From the NCBI GenBank assembly GCA_045544995.1, contig JAZQAE010000023.1, forward strand, positions 43,138 to 107,137: a stretch of 64,000 nucleotides of DNA. The letters are read 5' to 3'. The first letter of the stretch is position 1. Every line of letters starts with the position of its first letter. A program made the position numbers and the translations under genes. The notes below the pieces were generated by a model that made no database searches, was not told where the DNA came from, and saw only the letters and a program-made list of their open reading frames with translations. Below are positions 25,306-36,984 of this stretch, in pieces. The stretch comes from Eubacteriales bacterium (GTDB lineage Bacteria; Bacillota; Clostridia; Oscillospirales; QAKW01).

Positions 25306-25345
25306 GAAAGACTTGATGTATTTTATATCGAGTCTTTCTTTTTTT
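25306..25345 (+). terminator. Intrinsic terminator after the capD-like gene
   Basis: 11-bp stem GAAAGACTTGA/TCGAGTCTTTC followed by T7. Confidence 0.75.
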
Positions 25346-25395
25346 ATATAACTGTGGTATACTATAACTACTTGTTTTGGAAGGTGGTGCAGAGG

Positions 25396-27360
25396 ATGGA
25401 TCATTTTGAGTTAGTCTCAAAATATAAACCGACCGGTGATCAGCCGGAAGCAATTAAAAAAATTACCGATGGCTTAAAAAACGGAATGAAAGAACAGGTC
25501 CTCTTGGGCGTCACCGGCTCCGGTAAGACCTTCACGATGGCGAATGTCATTGCAAATGTCAATAAACCAACATTGGTATTGGCTCATAATAAAACATTGG
25601 CTGCTCAGTTATGCTCGGAATTTAAAGAGTTTTTTCCTAATAATGCGGTGGAATATTTTGTTTCCTATTATGATTATTATCAGCCGGAGGCTTATATCCC
25701 GTCATCGGACACCTATATTGAAAAAGACAGTTCTGTGAATGATGAGATCGATAAACTGCGCCATAGTGCTACGTTTTCCTTGCTGGAACGAAATGACGTA
25801 ATCGTGGTATCGTCCGTTTCGTGCATTTATGGATTGGGTGAGCCGGATGAGTATAAGAATCTGATGTTATCTTTACGACCCGGGATGATTAAGGATCGGG
25901 ATGAAGTAATAGAACATTTGGTTCGAATTCAATATGAACGCAATGATTTTGATTTTACTCGTGATAAATTTAGAGTTCGTGGAGATGTGGTGGAGATTTT
26001 TCCGGCTGCATCCACAGACACCGTAATTCGTGTCGAATTCTTTGGGGATGAAATTGATCGTATTTCGGAAATTGATCACCTTACCGGCGAATTAAAGCGG
26101 GAATTAAGCCACGTGGCAATCTATCCGGCATCTCACTATGTAATAGGGGATGAAAAGCGTGAAAAAGCCTTGGAGGCCATTAGAAAAGAACTGGAAGAGC
26201 GTGTGAAGTTTTTTACCGAAAACGGAAAGCTGTTGGAAGCACAACGAATTGAGCAACGTACCCGTTATGATCTTGAAATGCTTAAAGAGATCGGTTTTTG
26301 TACAGGAATTGAGAATTATTCCCGTCATTTAAGTGGACGTGCTCCGGGGAGTCCTCCGGCTACGCTGTTGGACTTTTTTAATGATGATTTCTTGCTGATT
26401 ATTGATGAATCGCACGTGACATTGCCTCAAGTGCGCGGAATGTATGGGGGAGATCGTTCACGAAAAGAAATGCTTATTAACTACGGGTTCCGCCTGCCCT
26501 CGGCGTTTGATAATAGACCGCTGAATTTTGAAGAGTTCACACAGCACTTAGATAAAGTCTTATATGTTAGTGCAACACCGGCTGCCTATGAGTTGGAGCG
26601 TAGTGAGCAGGTTGCAGAGCAGATCATTCGACCTACCGGATTGCTGGATCCGGAGATTTCAGTTCGGCCTGTAGAGGGGCAGATGGATGATCTATTGGCC
26701 GAGATTCATCAATGCGTTGAGCAAAAGTCCAGAGTGCTCGTAACCACATTAACAAAGCGAATGGCGGAAGATCTAACTGAATATTTAGAGAAAATGGGTG
26801 TAAAGGTCAAATACTTGCACTATGATGTGAAGACGGTGGAGCGTATGGAGATTGTCCGAGAACTCAGATTGGGCATCTTTGACGTACTGGTCGGCATCAA
26901 TTTGCTTCGGGAAGGCTTGGATATTCCGGAGGTTTCCTTAGTTGCAATTTTAGATGCGGATAAAGAGGGTTTTTTGCGCAGTGAGACCTCATTGATTCAA
27001 ACGATTGGCCGTGCTGCTCGTAATGCTGATGGGCGTGTTATCATGTACGCTGATCAGGTGACCGGTTCGATGGAACGTGCTATTCGAGAAACAGAACGAC
27101 GCCGAGCCATTCAAAAGGAATATAATGAAAAAAATGGGATCGTTCCCACCACCATTAAAAAAGAAATTCATGAAGTTTTAGACATTGGGACGCTTCCTTC
27201 GACGCCGGAACGCAGAAAAATGAAGTTCTCACAGGAGGAAAAACAGTCCATGATCCGTGATCTTGAAAAGCAAATGAAACAAGCGGCAAAGATGTTGGAA
27301 TTTGAGTATGCTGCTATGCTCCGTGATAAGATCGCAACACTGAAGGAGAATGAAAAGTAG
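25396..27360 (+). CDS. uvrB: Excinuclease ABC subunit B
   Basis: [20 protein letters not shown]...[13 protein letters not shown] 25396 follows an AAGGTGG-type SD. Confidence 0.95.
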   Translation: MDHFELVSKYKPTGDQPEAIKKITDGLKNGMKEQVLLGVTGSGKTFTMANVIANVNKPTLVLAHNKTLAAQLCSEFKEFFPNNAVEYFVSYYDYYQPEAYIPSSDTYIEKDSSVNDEIDKLRHSATFSLLERNDVIVVSSVSCIYGLGEPDEYKNLMLSLRPGMIKDRDEVIEHLVRIQYERNDFDFTRDKFRVRGDVVEIFPAASTDTVIRVEFFGDEIDRISEIDHLTGELKRELSHVAIYPASHYVIGDEKREKALEAIRKELEERVKFFTENGKLLEAQRIEQRTRYDLEMLKEIGFCTGIENYSRHLSGRAPGSPPATLLDFFNDDFLLIIDESHVTLPQVRGMYGGDRSRKEMLINYGFRLPSAFDNRPLNFEEFTQHLDKVLYVSATPAAYELERSEQVAEQIIRPTGLLDPEISVRPVEGQMDDLLAEIHQCVEQKSRVLVTTLTKRMAEDLTEYLEKMGVKVKYLHYDVKTVERMEIVRELRLGIFDVLVGINLLREGLDIPEVSLVAILDADKEGFLRSETSLIQTIGRAARNADGRVIMYADQVTGSMERAIRETERRRAIQKEYNEKNGIVPTTIKKEIHEVLDIGTLPSTPERRKMKFSQEEKQSMIRDLEKQMKQAAKMLEFEYAAMLRDKIATLKENEK

Positions 27361-27364
27361 ATTT

Positions 27365-30193
27365 ATGACGAAAGAGTTTATTACCATCAAAGGGGCAAGG
27401 GAGAATAATCTAAAGAATATTGACCTAAAAATACCCCGTGATAAGATGATCGTATTTACCGGTTTGTCCGGTTCCGGTAAAACATCGTTGGCTTTTGATA
27501 CCATTTATGCAGAAGGCAGACGAAGATATGTGGAAAGTCTCTCATCCTATGCCAGAATGTTTTTGGGTCAGATGAATAAGCCGGATGTCGACAATATATC
27601 AGGACTTTCTCCGGCTATTTCTATCGACCAAAAGACCACCTCTAAAAACCCTCGTTCAACTGTTGGAACGGTAACGGAAATCTACGACTACCTTCGGTTG
27701 TTATATGCACGGATCGGTAAACCGCATTGTCCGGTTTGTGGGCGTGAAATTACGCAACAGACAGTCGATCAAATAGTAGATCAAATTTGTCTACTGCCGG
27801 AACGGACGAAGATTTCTGTTTTAGCTCCGGTGGTTCGCGGACGAAAGGGGGAACATCAAAAATTACTGGATGATGCTAAAAAGAGCGGTTTTGTTCGCAT
27901 GCGAGTGGATGGGATTCTCTATGAGTTGAACGAAGAAATTAAACTGGAGAAGAACATCAAGCACACGATTGAAATTATCGTAGATCGATTGATCATTAAA
28001 GAGGGAATTCAGCAACGGTTGACCGATTCTATTGAGACTGCTCTTCATCATGCAGACGGTCTTGTTTTAGTCGTGCCCGAGGGGATGGAGGAGATTTTAT
28101 TCTCTCAAAACTTTACTTGCCCGGAACATGGATTTTCAATGGATGAACTTTCACCGAGAATGTTTTCATTTAATAATCCTTTTGGTGCGTGTCCCGACTG
28201 TGACGGCCTGGGCTTTTTGATGAAAGTTGATCCCGCGTTGGTTGTGCCGAAACCGGAACGATCTGTCAATGAAGGGGCTATTCGCGCAAGTGGATGGTAT
28301 CTCTCTGATAGCGACAATATTGCGAAAATGTATTTCCGTGCATTGAGTGAACGGTATGGTTTTTCCTTGGATACACCGTTTGCTCAATTGACAAAAGAAC
28401 AACAAGACATTTTGTTATATGGCAATAATGGCGAAAAACTCGATATGAAGCGGAATTCGTCCTTCGGTTCAGTTGCGTACAGCACGTCTTTTGAGGGGGT
28501 TATTCCTAATCTGGAACGCCGTTTTAAAGAAACCAATAGTGAATGGGTTCGCCGTGAGATTGAGATGGTGATGAGTGATTGTCCCTGCTTGGCCTGTAAT
28601 GGAAAGCGCTTAAAGAAAGATTCTTTAAGCGTTACGGTGGGGGGTAAAAACATTGCCGAAGTAACGGATCTTTCTATCACAGCCTCTATCGAGTTTTTTA
28701 ATCACCTTCAATTATCCGAAAAGGATCAAATGATCGGGAAACGTGTTCTTAAAGAGGTTCAGGAACGGTTGGCGTTTTTAAAGAGCGTGGGGTTGGAATA
28801 TCTCACCCTGTCCAGGAGCGCAGGCACCTTATCCGGAGGAGAGAGTCAACGTATTCGCCTTGCGACACAGATCGGGTCTTCCTTGATGGGGGTTCTCTAT
28901 ATTTTGGACGAGCCTTCTATCGGTCTTCATCAACGGGATAACGATAAGCTGATTGCTACGTTGCAACGGTTGCGTGATCTCGGAAATACGTTGATCGTTG
29001 TGGAACATGATGAGGATACCATGAGAGCGGCGGATTATATCGTCGATATCGGGCCTGGTGCCGGAATTCACGGCGGCGAAGTGGTTTGCAGTGGTACGCC
29101 GGATGAGATCATGGCTTGCGAAAACTCGATTACCGGTCAATATTTGAGCGGAAAAAAGATAATTGAGATTCCAGAGAATCGCCGAAATGGGAATGGTAAA
29201 TTCCTGGAGGTTATTGGCGCTGAAGAGAATAACCTCAAAAAACTGAACGTAAAAATTCCGTTAGGGACGTTCACCTGTGTGACCGGAGTATCCGGCTCCG
29301 GAAAATCCTCTTTGGTGAACTCGGTTCTTTATAGAACGCTGGCGCATGAATTGAACGGCGCCAAGGCTTTTCCTGGAAAAGTAAAGGAGATCAAGGGCCT
29401 TGAGCATCTGGATAAAGTGATTGACATTGATCAGTCACCGATCGGCAGAACACCGCGTTCCAATCCTGCTACCTACACGTCATTGTTTACTGATATTCGT
29501 GATCTTTTTGCAACAACGAATGGAGCCAAGGCGCGGGGATATACCTCCAGTCGTTTTTCATTCAATGTCAGAGGCGGTCGGTGCGAAGCGTGTCAGGGCG
29601 ATGGTATTATCAAAATTGAAATGCACTTCTTGCCGGACGTTTATATCCCGTGCGAGGTTTGTAAAGGGAAGCGGTATAACCGGGAAACCTTGGAAGTGAA
29701 GTATAAGGACAAGACCATTTCTGATGTACTGGATATGACGGTAGAAGAAGGATTATATTTCTTTGAAAATCATCCTAAAATCCGCCGAAAGCTGCAAACG
29801 CTTTATGATGTGGGGCTTTCCTATGTGAAGATTGGTCAGCCTTCGACGACACTATCCGGTGGTGAAGCGCAACGGGTGAAGTTGGCGACTGAGCTATCGA
29901 AAAGACCGACGGGGCAGACGATTTATATTCTTGATGAACCGACAACGGGACTTCATACGGCGGACGTTCAAATGCTGATTACTGTTTTACAACGCTTGGT
30001 GGACACCGGAAATACCGTAGTGGTCATTGAACATAATCTTGACGTGATTAAAACGGCGGATTATATCATTGATCTTGGACCGGAAGGCGGAGACCGGGGC
30101 GGAAATTTAGTTGTTTGCGGTACTCCGGAGGACGTTGCGAAGTGTCCGGAAAGTTATACTGGCGTTTATCTTAATAAAATAGGTGTAAAGTAA
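27365..30193 (+). CDS. uvrA: Excinuclease ABC subunit A
   Basis: [19 protein letters not shown]...[19 protein letters not shown]. The alternative in-frame ATG at 27350 overlaps the uvrB stop. Confidence 0.95.
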   Translation: MTKEFITIKGARENNLKNIDLKIPRDKMIVFTGLSGSGKTSLAFDTIYAEGRRRYVESLSSYARMFLGQMNKPDVDNISGLSPAISIDQKTTSKNPRSTVGTVTEIYDYLRLLYARIGKPHCPVCGREITQQTVDQIVDQICLLPERTKISVLAPVVRGRKGEHQKLLDDAKKSGFVRMRVDGILYELNEEIKLEKNIKHTIEIIVDRLIIKEGIQQRLTDSIETALHHADGLVLVVPEGMEEILFSQNFTCPEHGFSMDELSPRMFSFNNPFGACPDCDGLGFLMKVDPALVVPKPERSVNEGAIRASGWYLSDSDNIAKMYFRALSERYGFSLDTPFAQLTKEQQDILLYGNNGEKLDMKRNSSFGSVAYSTSFEGVIPNLERRFKETNSEWVRREIEMVMSDCPCLACNGKRLKKDSLSVTVGGKNIAEVTDLSITASIEFFNHLQLSEKDQMIGKRVLKEVQERLAFLKSVGLEYLTLSRSAGTLSGGESQRIRLATQIGSSLMGVLYILDEPSIGLHQRDNDKLIATLQRLRDLGNTLIVVEHDEDTMRAADYIVDIGPGAGIHGGEVVCSGTPDEIMACENSITGQYLSGKKIIEIPENRRNGNGKFLEVIGAEENNLKKLNVKIPLGTFTCVTGVSGSGKSSLVNSVLYRTLAHELNGAKAFPGKVKEIKGLEHLDKVIDIDQSPIGRTPRSNPATYTSLFTDIRDLFATTNGAKARGYTSSRFSFNVRGGRCEACQGDGIIKIEMHFLPDVYIPCEVCKGKRYNRETLEVKYKDKTISDVLDMTVEEGLYFFENHPKIRRKLQTLYDVGLSYVKIGQPSTTLSGGEAQRVKLATELSKRPTGQTIYILDEPTTGLHTADVQMLITVLQRLVDTGNTVVVIEHNLDVIKTADYIIDLGPEGGDRGGNLVVCGTPEDVAKCPESYTGVYLNKIGVK

Positions 30194-30206
30194 AAATGCT
30201 TTTCAT

Positions 30207-30236
30207 AAAAAGACGCTGTTTCAGCGTCTTTTTTTC
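30207..30236 (+). terminator. Intrinsic terminator after uvrA
   Basis: AGACGCTG-TTT-CAGCGTCT followed by T7. Confidence 0.8.
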
Positions 30237-30261
30237 ATATTTACGCCGATTGATACATAGA
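30233..30261 (+). promoter_or_regulatory. Sigma-E-like promoter upstream of cwlJ-gerQ
   Basis: TCATATT-14 nt-CATAGAGT against the consensus kmATAww-14-CATACAhT. cwlJ and gerQ are sigma-E genes in Bacillus. Confidence 0.35.
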
Positions 30262-30284
30262 GTTTACCATGTGAGGTGATGAAT

Positions 30285-30725
30285 ATGCCTTTTTCGGATC
30301 GTGAGTTATTTGCCCGGTTAATTGAATGCGAAGCTGGCGGGGAAGGCGACGTGGGCATGGCAGCTGTGGCCAGTGTTGTGATGAACCGAGTGCGAGCGCC
30401 GGCAGGCGAATATGCACGGACGGGACAGGGAAATTTAAGAAATATCATTTTACAATCGGGACAGTTTGAATGTGCACGTACAGAGTCGAACGGACGGTAT
30501 AATCCGCAAAACATTTATAACATGAACCCTACCGGAATTCACTATGCGATTGCCGATTGGGCGATCGCCGGAAATCGTTTGCCCGGATTGGGGGATGCTC
30601 TTTGGTTTTATAATCCTTTCAATGCGAATTGTCGTAATACGTTTCCGTCGGATGTAGGTTATTATATCGGCAAGTATCGAGAACATTGCTTTTATGATCC
30701 GACGGATTTGTATGAGTTTACATAA
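30285..30725 (+). CDS. cwlJ: Spore cortex-lytic enzyme, CwlJ/SleB catalytic-domain family
   Basis: DRELFARLIECEAGGEG...VMNRV...HCFYDPT parallels B. subtilis CwlJ. ATG 30285 has the best SD spacing. Confidence 0.8.
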   Translation: MPFSDRELFARLIECEAGGEGDVGMAAVASVVMNRVRAPAGEYARTGQGNLRNIILQSGQFECARTESNGRYNPQNIYNMNPTGIHYAIADWAIAGNRLPGLGDALWFYNPFNANCRNTFPSDVGYYIGKYREHCFYDPTDLYEFT

Positions 30726-30742
30726 TTTTGTGAGGTGTTAGT

Positions 30743-31069
30743 ATGGGTGAATTAAATGGAAACGGCAGTTATTTTCGTTCGTCTGAAACAGGTGGTTCTG
30801 AGTTTGTGCAGTCGCCGGCTTATCCCGGTTCGTGGCAACAGGCATTAAGAAATAACGAGGGGCAATATTGCATTATTGATTTTTTGATCGGTACGGACAA
30901 TATTGTACAAAAAGAAGGGATCTTATATGACGTCGGCGTGAGCTTTATCGTCTTGTTTGAACCGCGATCCGGCAATTATGTTGTGTGCGATCTTTATGCC
31001 ATAAAGTTTGTTACTTTTCCGGGGAGCGGTGTATTACCGGCGGGTAAAGTTCCCAAAAGAAGAGTTTGA
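30743..31069 (+). CDS. gerQ: GerQ-family spore coat protein
   Basis: The C-terminal domain ALRNNEGQYCIIDFLIG...GILYDVGVSFIVLFEPRSGNYVVCDLYAIKFVTF is collinear with GerQ (ILRLNRGKTATIYMTF...ISDPKSGTRYLLLTIYLDYITF). Confidence 0.65.
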   Translation: MGELNGNGSYFRSSETGGSEFVQSPAYPGSWQQALRNNEGQYCIIDFLIGTDNIVQKEGILYDVGVSFIVLFEPRSGNYVVCDLYAIKFVTFPGSGVLPAGKVPKRRV

Positions 31070-31073
31070 GATT

Positions 31074-31100
31074 AAAAGCCCAAGAAATTGGGCTTTTTTT
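31074..31100 (+). terminator. Intrinsic terminator after gerQ
   Basis: AAAAGCCCAA-GAAA-TTGGGCTTTT followed by a T run. Confidence 0.8.
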
Positions 31101-31134
31101 CATGCATAAATTCTGCATAAAATCCGCTATTATA

Positions 31135-31162
31135 TTGACAAATATTATTTTTGTGTTATTAT
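31135..31162 (+). promoter_or_regulatory. Sigma-A-type promoter for the yicC-remA-gmk-rpoZ... block
   Basis: TTGACA-16 nt-extended -10 TGtTATTAT. Confidence 0.5.
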
Positions 31163-31192
31163 ATTATAATAAAAAATAGTGAGGTAAATATT

Positions 31193-32077
31193 ATGACGGT
31201 TAAAAGTATGACCGGTTTTGGTCGTGGGACCGGCACCTTTGGCGGTGTGGATTTTACAATTGATATCAAATCGGTCAATCATCGTTTTTTTGATTTTTCT
31301 GCTCGGATTTATAAGGATTACGCTTATCTGGAAGAGCCGATCAAAAAGCGGATTGCAGAATCGGTCTCCCGTGGCAAAATTGACGTTTACTTTCATACGG
31401 AGAAAACAACTGCGGAAGCAGAGCTTTGTGCATCTGTCGATATGAATCTGGTGCGTGTCTATCTTGACGCTGCTCAAAAATTAGCCCTGGAGTGTGGGGT
31501 TGAAAATGATTTTCGCGCCTCTCGGTTGTTGACCCTTCCGGATGTGATGACCATTACTCAACCCGAGGTTGCAGAAGAGGATGTGAAAAAGGTTGTTCTT
31601 GATGCTTTGGATCAGGCTTTAGAATCATTCATCGCCATGAGAGAGGTGGAAGGGCAGAAACTGAAGAATGACCTTCTCGGCAATCTTGCTTTTATCGCTT
31701 CTGCAGTGGATAAAGTGGAGAGATTGGCTCCGGAATCGGTTTCTGCATACCGTCAGCGCCTGGAAGACAAGATCCGTGAAACGCTGGAGGATCGGAATTT
31801 TGATGAGAATCGTTTAATGACAGAAGTGGCGATCTTTGCTGATAAAGTGGCTGTTGATGAAGAAACCGTTCGTTTGAGAAGCCACTTGAATCAATTTGAG
31901 AGCCTTTTGGCGCAAGGCGGTCCCATTGGTAAAAAGCTGGACTTTCTTGTTCAGGAAATGAACCGTGAGATCAACACGATTGGTTCTAAGTGTAATTCGA
32001 TTGAAATTACCCGGATCGTCGTTGATGTTAAAGCTTGCATCGAAAAAATTCGCGAACAAATTCAGAATGTGGAATGA
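31193..32077 (+). CDS. yicC: YicC-family stress-induced protein (RNase-like)
   Basis: MTVKSMTGFGRG...IDIKSVNHRFFD..., C-terminal ...EMNREINTIGSK. Confidence 0.9.
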   Translation: MTVKSMTGFGRGTGTFGGVDFTIDIKSVNHRFFDFSARIYKDYAYLEEPIKKRIAESVSRGKIDVYFHTEKTTAEAELCASVDMNLVRVYLDAAQKLALECGVENDFRASRLLTLPDVMTITQPEVAEEDVKKVVLDALDQALESFIAMREVEGQKLKNDLLGNLAFIASAVDKVERLAPESVSAYRQRLEDKIRETLEDRNFDENRLMTEVAIFADKVAVDEETVRLRSHLNQFESLLAQGGPIGKKLDFLVQEMNREINTIGSKCNSIEITRIVVDVKACIEKIREQIQNVE

Positions 32078-32086
32078 GGTGGCACA

Positions 32087-32353
32087 ATGAAACTAATTAA
32101 CATTGGGTTTGGTAATATGATCAATTCCAGTCGAATCATTGCGATCGTCAGTCCGGACAGTGCGCCGATCAAGCGAATCATTGTGGAAGCCAAAGAGAGC
32201 AGTGTCCTGGTGGATGCGACTTATGGCCGCCGTACCCGTGCGGTGATCATTACAGACAGCGACCATGTGATTCTTTCCCCGCTTCAGCCGGAGACAGTGG
32301 CCAACCGATTGACGGACAGTTATGATGAAGAGGATGATGAAGATGGGGAATAA
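32087..32353 (+). CDS. remA: RemA/DUF370 family regulator
   Basis: [32 protein letters not shown]... Confidence 0.9.
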   Translation: MKLINIGFGNMINSSRIIAIVSPDSAPIKRIIVEAKESSVLVDATYGRRTRAVIITDSDHVILSPLQPETVANRLTDSYDEEDDEDGE

Positions 32354-32894
32354 AGGTCGGTTGATTATCATTTCCGGTCCCAGCGGAACCGGAAAGGGAA
32401 CGGTTTTGGCAGAGGTCTTTCGTCAGAATCCTCAAATGAAATACTCGGTATCGGCAACGACCCGTTTGCCCCGTCCCGGTGAAGAAGACGGCGTTCAGTA
32501 TTTTTTTATTACCAAAGATGAATTTGAAAAGAAAATCCAAAACGGCGAGATGCTGGAATATGCTACATACTGTGAGAATTACTATGGTACGCCGGCGGAT
32601 TTTGTGGAAGAGCAACGTTGCTTGGGATTTGATATCGTTCTTGAGATCGAACCTTGCGGCGCTCAACAGGTGATGAAGAAATGTCCCGACGCAATTTCAA
32701 TCTTTATTTTGCCGCCAAGCATTGAAGAATTGGAGCGACGATTAATCGGTCGTGGGACGGAAAAACCGGAAGTGGTTGCTGCAAGAATTGCTCAGGCTAA
32801 ATTGGAACTGAACGATGCGCATCTATATATGCATCAAATCGTGAACGATGACCTATCAAGAGCGGTCAGCGAAATTGTAGAAATATTAAAATAA
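32343..32894 (+). CDS. gmk: Guanylate kinase
   Basis: [20 protein letters not shown]. The start overlaps the remA end. Confidence 0.95.
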   Translation: MGNKGRLIIISGPSGTGKGTVLAEVFRQNPQMKYSVSATTRLPRPGEEDGVQYFFITKDEFEKKIQNGEMLEYATYCENYYGTPADFVEEQRCLGFDIVLEIEPCGAQQVMKKCPDAISIFILPPSIEELERRLIGRGTEKPEVVAARIAQAKLELNDAHLYMHQIVNDDLSRAVSEIVEILK

Positions 32895-32916
32895 ATTTTA
32901 AGGAGTTTTTGAAAAA

Positions 32917-33138
32917 ATGTTGTATCCTGCTGTATCTGAATTAGAAAAAGTGACCAGAAGCCGTTATGCCCTTGTTATTATGACAGCAAAGCGTGCCCGT
33001 CAGATCTCTGCTGAAGCAGAAGCAAATGAGACGGAACTCGCTGATAAGCCTGTAAAACTGGCAATCAATGATATTGCTGCCGGCAAGGTTTCGATTAAGG
33101 TGGAAGAATTTCCCACCGTTGAGAGCGACGCTGAATAA
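32917..33138 (+). CDS. rpoZ: DNA-directed RNA polymerase omega subunit
   Basis: 73 aa, ..SRYALVIMTAKRARQI.. Confidence 0.9.
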   Translation: MLYPAVSELEKVTRSRYALVIMTAKRARQISAEAEANETELADKPVKLAINDIAAGKVSIKVEEFPTVESDAE

Positions 33139-33140
33139 CG

Positions 33141-35564
33141 ATGGCTTTGGTCTGCCGGGTTGCAATTGATCAGATCGTCCAAAAGATCGATCGGGATTAT
33201 GATTATTTAATTCCCGATTCTTTTGGCGCATCCGTTATGCCCGGAGTGCGGGTCTTAGTACCCTTTGGGAACGGGAACGTACTGAAAAAGGCCATGGTGT
33301 TTTCGATATTTTCAACGAATGAAGTACATGAACTAAAAAGCGTTGTTCGTGTGTTAGATCAGGCACCGATGCTGGATTCCGTCCATCTGAAACTATCCGA
33401 GTGGATGGCAGACCAGTATTTTGTGACCCGTTATCAGGCAATCCGCTGTATGATTCCGAGAGGATTGGATTATAAGATCAATGAGGTTTATGCCCTCAAT
33501 CCCGATCGCTCTGAATTCCCTGAAAAGTATAGCGAGTTGGTTGCTTTTATGCGTCAAAGCGGAAAAGCGGTTCGTCGCTCTGACTTTCCGACGAAGCTGA
33601 AACGTTTGTGCGTACCGGCGTATCGTGACGGGGTTTTGATTGAAGAAATTCGATCGATCCGTAACATTGGAGATCTTAAAGAAAAAAAGATCCGGTTGGC
33701 AATCACGCCGGAACAAGTAGAGCTTTATTTATCCTCTCTGGATCGACGATTTGAAAAGCAACGGGATCTGCTCTCCTTGTTTTTGGATGAACCGGTTCTT
33801 TCTGCCAAAGATGCGTTATACTATTCCGGATGCGGGCCTTCAACGGTGAAGACTCTTTCTCAAAAGGGGTTCATCGAAGTCTATGATGAGGCGAGGGAAC
33901 GGACTCCGTACCGTTTGATGGAACGGGGGAATGAGCGCCAGTCGGTTCATCTGGAAGAGGAGCAAGAACAGGCTTACCGTGAAATTGCAGAGCATTTCGG
34001 AAAAGAAGGCACGCATCTGCTTTATGGGGTGACCGGAAGCGGAAAGACACACGTCTTTATGAAACTAATAGACGATCTGACGGCTGCCGGAAAATCGGTA
34101 CTGATGCTTGTGCCTGAAATTGCGCTAACCCCGCAAATGCTTAGCCGGTTTTATCTGCGGTACGGTGATTGCGTTTCGGTTCTGCATAGCGGACTTTCTC
34201 TTGGAGAAAAAGCGGATGAATGGAAAAAGATCCATGGCGGCGGTGCCAAGGTCGTGGTAGGAACAAGAAGCGCTATTTTCGCCCCGTTGGACAATCTTGG
34301 CTTGATTATCATGGATGAAGAGCATGAAAGCACCTATAAGTCCGAGAGCAGTCCGCGGTTTCATGCTCGAGATATTGCTCGGTTTCTTTCGCATCATAAG
34401 CAAATTCCGCTTCTCTTGGCATCTGCCACTCCGGCGATGGAAAGTTATTATCGGGCAGAAAGAGAAATTTACCATCTTCATACTCTGACAAAACGGTATA
34501 ATAACGCCACATTGCCGGAAGTTCAATTGGTGGATATGCGCCAGGAAAGTTTGGTAGAGGGAAGTAAACTTTTCAGCGAAGCGTTGCTTTCTGCTCTTGA
34601 ACAAACCTTTACAGCGAAAGAGCAAGCAATTTTATTTTTAAATCGGCGCGGTATGCATTCCGTGGTAGGCTGTTCCTCTTGCGGTGCCGTTGCAAAATGC
34701 CCGTCTTGCGGAATTGCATTGACTTATCATAAACCCAATCAACGGTTGATGTGTCATTATTGCGGTTATAATATAAAACGGTTTTCACAATGTCCGGATT
34801 GCGGAAGCGATCATATCAAAATGCTGGGGCTTGGAACCCAGTACGTAGAAGAAGAGCTACAGACGCTCTTTCCGTCTGCTCGTATTTTGCGCATGGATAT
34901 GGACACGGTGGACTCCTATTTGTCGTATGGAGAGCAGTTGACTGCTTTTCGTGAGGGAGAATATGACGTGTTGCTTGGTACACAAATGGTGGCCAAGGGT
35001 CTCGATTTTCCATCGGTAACGTTAGTCGGGGTATTGCAGGCAGACATGTCTCTCTATACCGATGATTTTCGTGCAAACGAACGAACATTTAATCTTTTGA
35101 CCCAAGTTTGCGGCCGCTCAGGACGGAGCGGAAAAGCCGGACGGGCGATTATTCAGACCTATTGTCCGGAACATCAGGTGATCTCGTTATCGAAGGAACA
35201 AGATTATCTTCGGTTTTACCGTCAGGAACTGGCTTTTAGAAATTTAATGGCATATCCGCCCTTTTGCGATATTCTTTTGATCGTGGCGGAGGGGTTTTCT
35301 AAAGAAGATGTCGTTGATGGAATGACAAAGATCTATCGTCATCTGCAAACGGCCAGTATTCAGGAGTATCAGGATATTCCGTTGCGTCTGTTATCGCCGG
35401 TAGTTCCCCGTGTGGGGATGCTCCGCGGAAAACATCGGATGCAGATGCTGGTGAAGTGTAAGAATTCTGTTCGTCTGCGTCAATTAGTGAACGAATGTCG
35501 TGAATTGGAATTGCCGTCCGGTTTGCAAATTGTATATAACATTAATCCTATACAGTATTTTTGA
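33141..35564 (+). CDS. priA: Primosomal protein N' (replication restart helicase PriA)
   Basis: [15 protein letters not shown], and the Cys4 zinc region CSSCGAVAKCPSCGIALTYH...CHYCG. Confidence 0.95.
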   Translation: MALVCRVAIDQIVQKIDRDYDYLIPDSFGASVMPGVRVLVPFGNGNVLKKAMVFSIFSTNEVHELKSVVRVLDQAPMLDSVHLKLSEWMADQYFVTRYQAIRCMIPRGLDYKINEVYALNPDRSEFPEKYSELVAFMRQSGKAVRRSDFPTKLKRLCVPAYRDGVLIEEIRSIRNIGDLKEKKIRLAITPEQVELYLSSLDRRFEKQRDLLSLFLDEPVLSAKDALYYSGCGPSTVKTLSQKGFIEVYDEARERTPYRLMERGNERQSVHLEEEQEQAYREIAEHFGKEGTHLLYGVTGSGKTHVFMKLIDDLTAAGKSVLMLVPEIALTPQMLSRFYLRYGDCVSVLHSGLSLGEKADEWKKIHGGGAKVVVGTRSAIFAPLDNLGLIIMDEEHESTYKSESSPRFHARDIARFLSHHKQIPLLLASATPAMESYYRAEREIYHLHTLTKRYNNATLPEVQLVDMRQESLVEGSKLFSEALLSALEQTFTAKEQAILFLNRRGMHSVVGCSSCGAVAKCPSCGIALTYHKPNQRLMCHYCGYNIKRFSQCPDCGSDHIKMLGLGTQYVEEELQTLFPSARILRMDMDTVDSYLSYGEQLTAFREGEYDVLLGTQMVAKGLDFPSVTLVGVLQADMSLYTDDFRANERTFNLLTQVCGRSGRSGKAGRAIIQTYCPEHQVISLSKEQDYLRFYRQELAFRNLMAYPPFCDILLIVAEGFSKEDVVDGMTKIYRHLQTASIQEYQDIPLRLLSPVVPRVGMLRGKHRMQMLVKCKNSVRLRQLVNECRELELPSGLQIVYNINPIQYF

Positions 35565-35573
35565 GGTGTATTC

Positions 35574-36041
35574 ATGGCTTTGAGAAATTTGGTTAAAAAT
35601 GATATGACTTTTTTGGGGAAGAAATCCCGTCCGGTCGAAGTCTTTGACGAGAAGTTGGCCACTTTAGTGGAAGATATGAAAGAAACTCTGCGCAAAGAAC
35701 AGGGGGCAGGACTTGCCGCACCCCAGGTCGGTATTTTGCGACGTCTTTTTGTCGTTGACATTCATTGTGACGGAACAGAGTATAAAGAGTTTATTAACCC
35801 CGAGATCATTTCTGCTACCGGCAAAAATGACAAATACTACGAGGGATGCCTTTCTTTCCCCGGACGCAGTTTCCGTATTGTGCGTGCAAACAAAGTGAAG
35901 GTGCGTGCACAAAATGTAAAGGGAGAGTGGTTTGAGTTCTCCGGCGATGACTTTTTGGCTCGATGCTTACTTCATGAATACGACCATCTGGAAGGAATCA
36001 CCATTCCGATGATTGGAGAAGAGGTTTTTGAGAATGAATAA
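35574..36041 (+). CDS. def: Peptide deformylase
   Basis: GAGLAAPQVG, EGCLSFPG and HEYDHLEG motifs. Confidence 0.95.
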   Translation: MALRNLVKNDMTFLGKKSRPVEVFDEKLATLVEDMKETLRKEQGAGLAAPQVGILRRLFVVDIHCDGTEYKEFINPEIISATGKNDKYYEGCLSFPGRSFRIVRANKVKVRAQNVKGEWFEFSGDDFLARCLLHEYDHLEGITIPMIGEEVFENE

Positions 36042-36969
36042 ACTCCGCATCTTGTTTATGGGGACACCGGACTTTGCATTGGTTTCCTGTAAGGCTGTTT
36101 TTGAAACTCACGAGCTGGTTGGCGTGGTGACACAGCCTGATCGTCCTAAGGGCCGCGGCGGAAAAGTGTCGGCTCCTCCAGTAAAAGAATTTGCGCTTTC
36201 CAAAGGATTGCCGGTATGGCAACCGACCGTTTTAAAAGATGGTTCCTTTCTTCCGGTTTTGGAAGAGACGAAACCGGATTTGATCGTGGTGGCGGCGTAT
36301 GGACGGATCTTGCCGGAATATATTCTGAATTATCCAAAGTTTGGATGTATCAACGTGCATGGTTCCTTGCTTCCTCGCTATCGAGGCGCAGCCCCCATTC
36401 AACGTGCTGTAATTAATGGGGAAAAAGAAACCGGTGTTACCATCATGAAAATGGCGAAAGGAATGGATACCGGTGACATGTATCTTAGGCGTTCCACGCC
36501 GATCAAGCCCGAAGATACTGCCGGCAGTGTTTTTGACCGCTTGGCAACAATTGGTGCTGAGGCCTTGCTGGAAACCATCACGATGCTTCAAAACGGTACT
36601 GCGGTAGCAGTTCCGCAAAAGGAAGAAGAGGCGACTTATGCTCCGATGATCGAAAAGGCAGAAGCAGAGGTCGATTTCAACCGTCCTGCAAAAGAGGTGC
36701 GTGATTTGATCATGGGGATGAATCCTGCTCCCGGCGCATTTGTGGATCTCGGCGAATACCGGTTAAAGCTTCATGAAGCCTATGAAGCAGGCGCAGTTGC
36801 CGGACTGGCCGGAATGGTTGCCGACATTTCTACTAAAGGAATTTTGGTTGTGTGTGGTGACGGGAATGGTATATGGATCAAAACCATTCAAAAACAAGGA
36901 AAAAATAGGACAGATGCATATTCCTATGCTTGCGGCGCTAAACTTGCCGTAGGGGAATATTTAAAATAA
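36034..36969 (+). CDS. fmt: Methionyl-tRNA formyltransferase
   Basis: MNKLRILFMGTPDFA...HGSLLPRYRGAAPIQ. ATG 36034 overlaps the def stop. Confidence 0.95.
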   Translation: MNKLRILFMGTPDFALVSCKAVFETHELVGVVTQPDRPKGRGGKVSAPPVKEFALSKGLPVWQPTVLKDGSFLPVLEETKPDLIVVAAYGRILPEYILNYPKFGCINVHGSLLPRYRGAAPIQRAVINGEKETGVTIMKMAKGMDTGDMYLRRSTPIKPEDTAGSVFDRLATIGAEALLETITMLQNGTAVAVPQKEEEATYAPMIEKAEAEVDFNRPAKEVRDLIMGMNPAPGAFVDLGEYRLKLHEAYEAGAVAGLAGMVADISTKGILVVCGDGNGIWIKTIQKQGKNRTDAYSYACGAKLAVGEYLK

Positions 36970-36984
36970 AGGAGAAGAGAACAG

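Noticed and set aside
25297-25395. An SOS (LexA/Cheo) box upstream of uvrB.
   Set aside because: There is no GAAC-N4-GTTC-like motif in the 99-bp upstream region. Only a terminator and an extended -10 promoter-like TGgTATACT are visible.
30285-31069. cwlJ-gerQ adjacency as a novelty.
   Set aside because: A bicistronic cwlJ-gerQ arrangement is already known in the Bacillus cereus group, and GerQ is known to be needed for CwlJ deposition. The pair is reported as features only.
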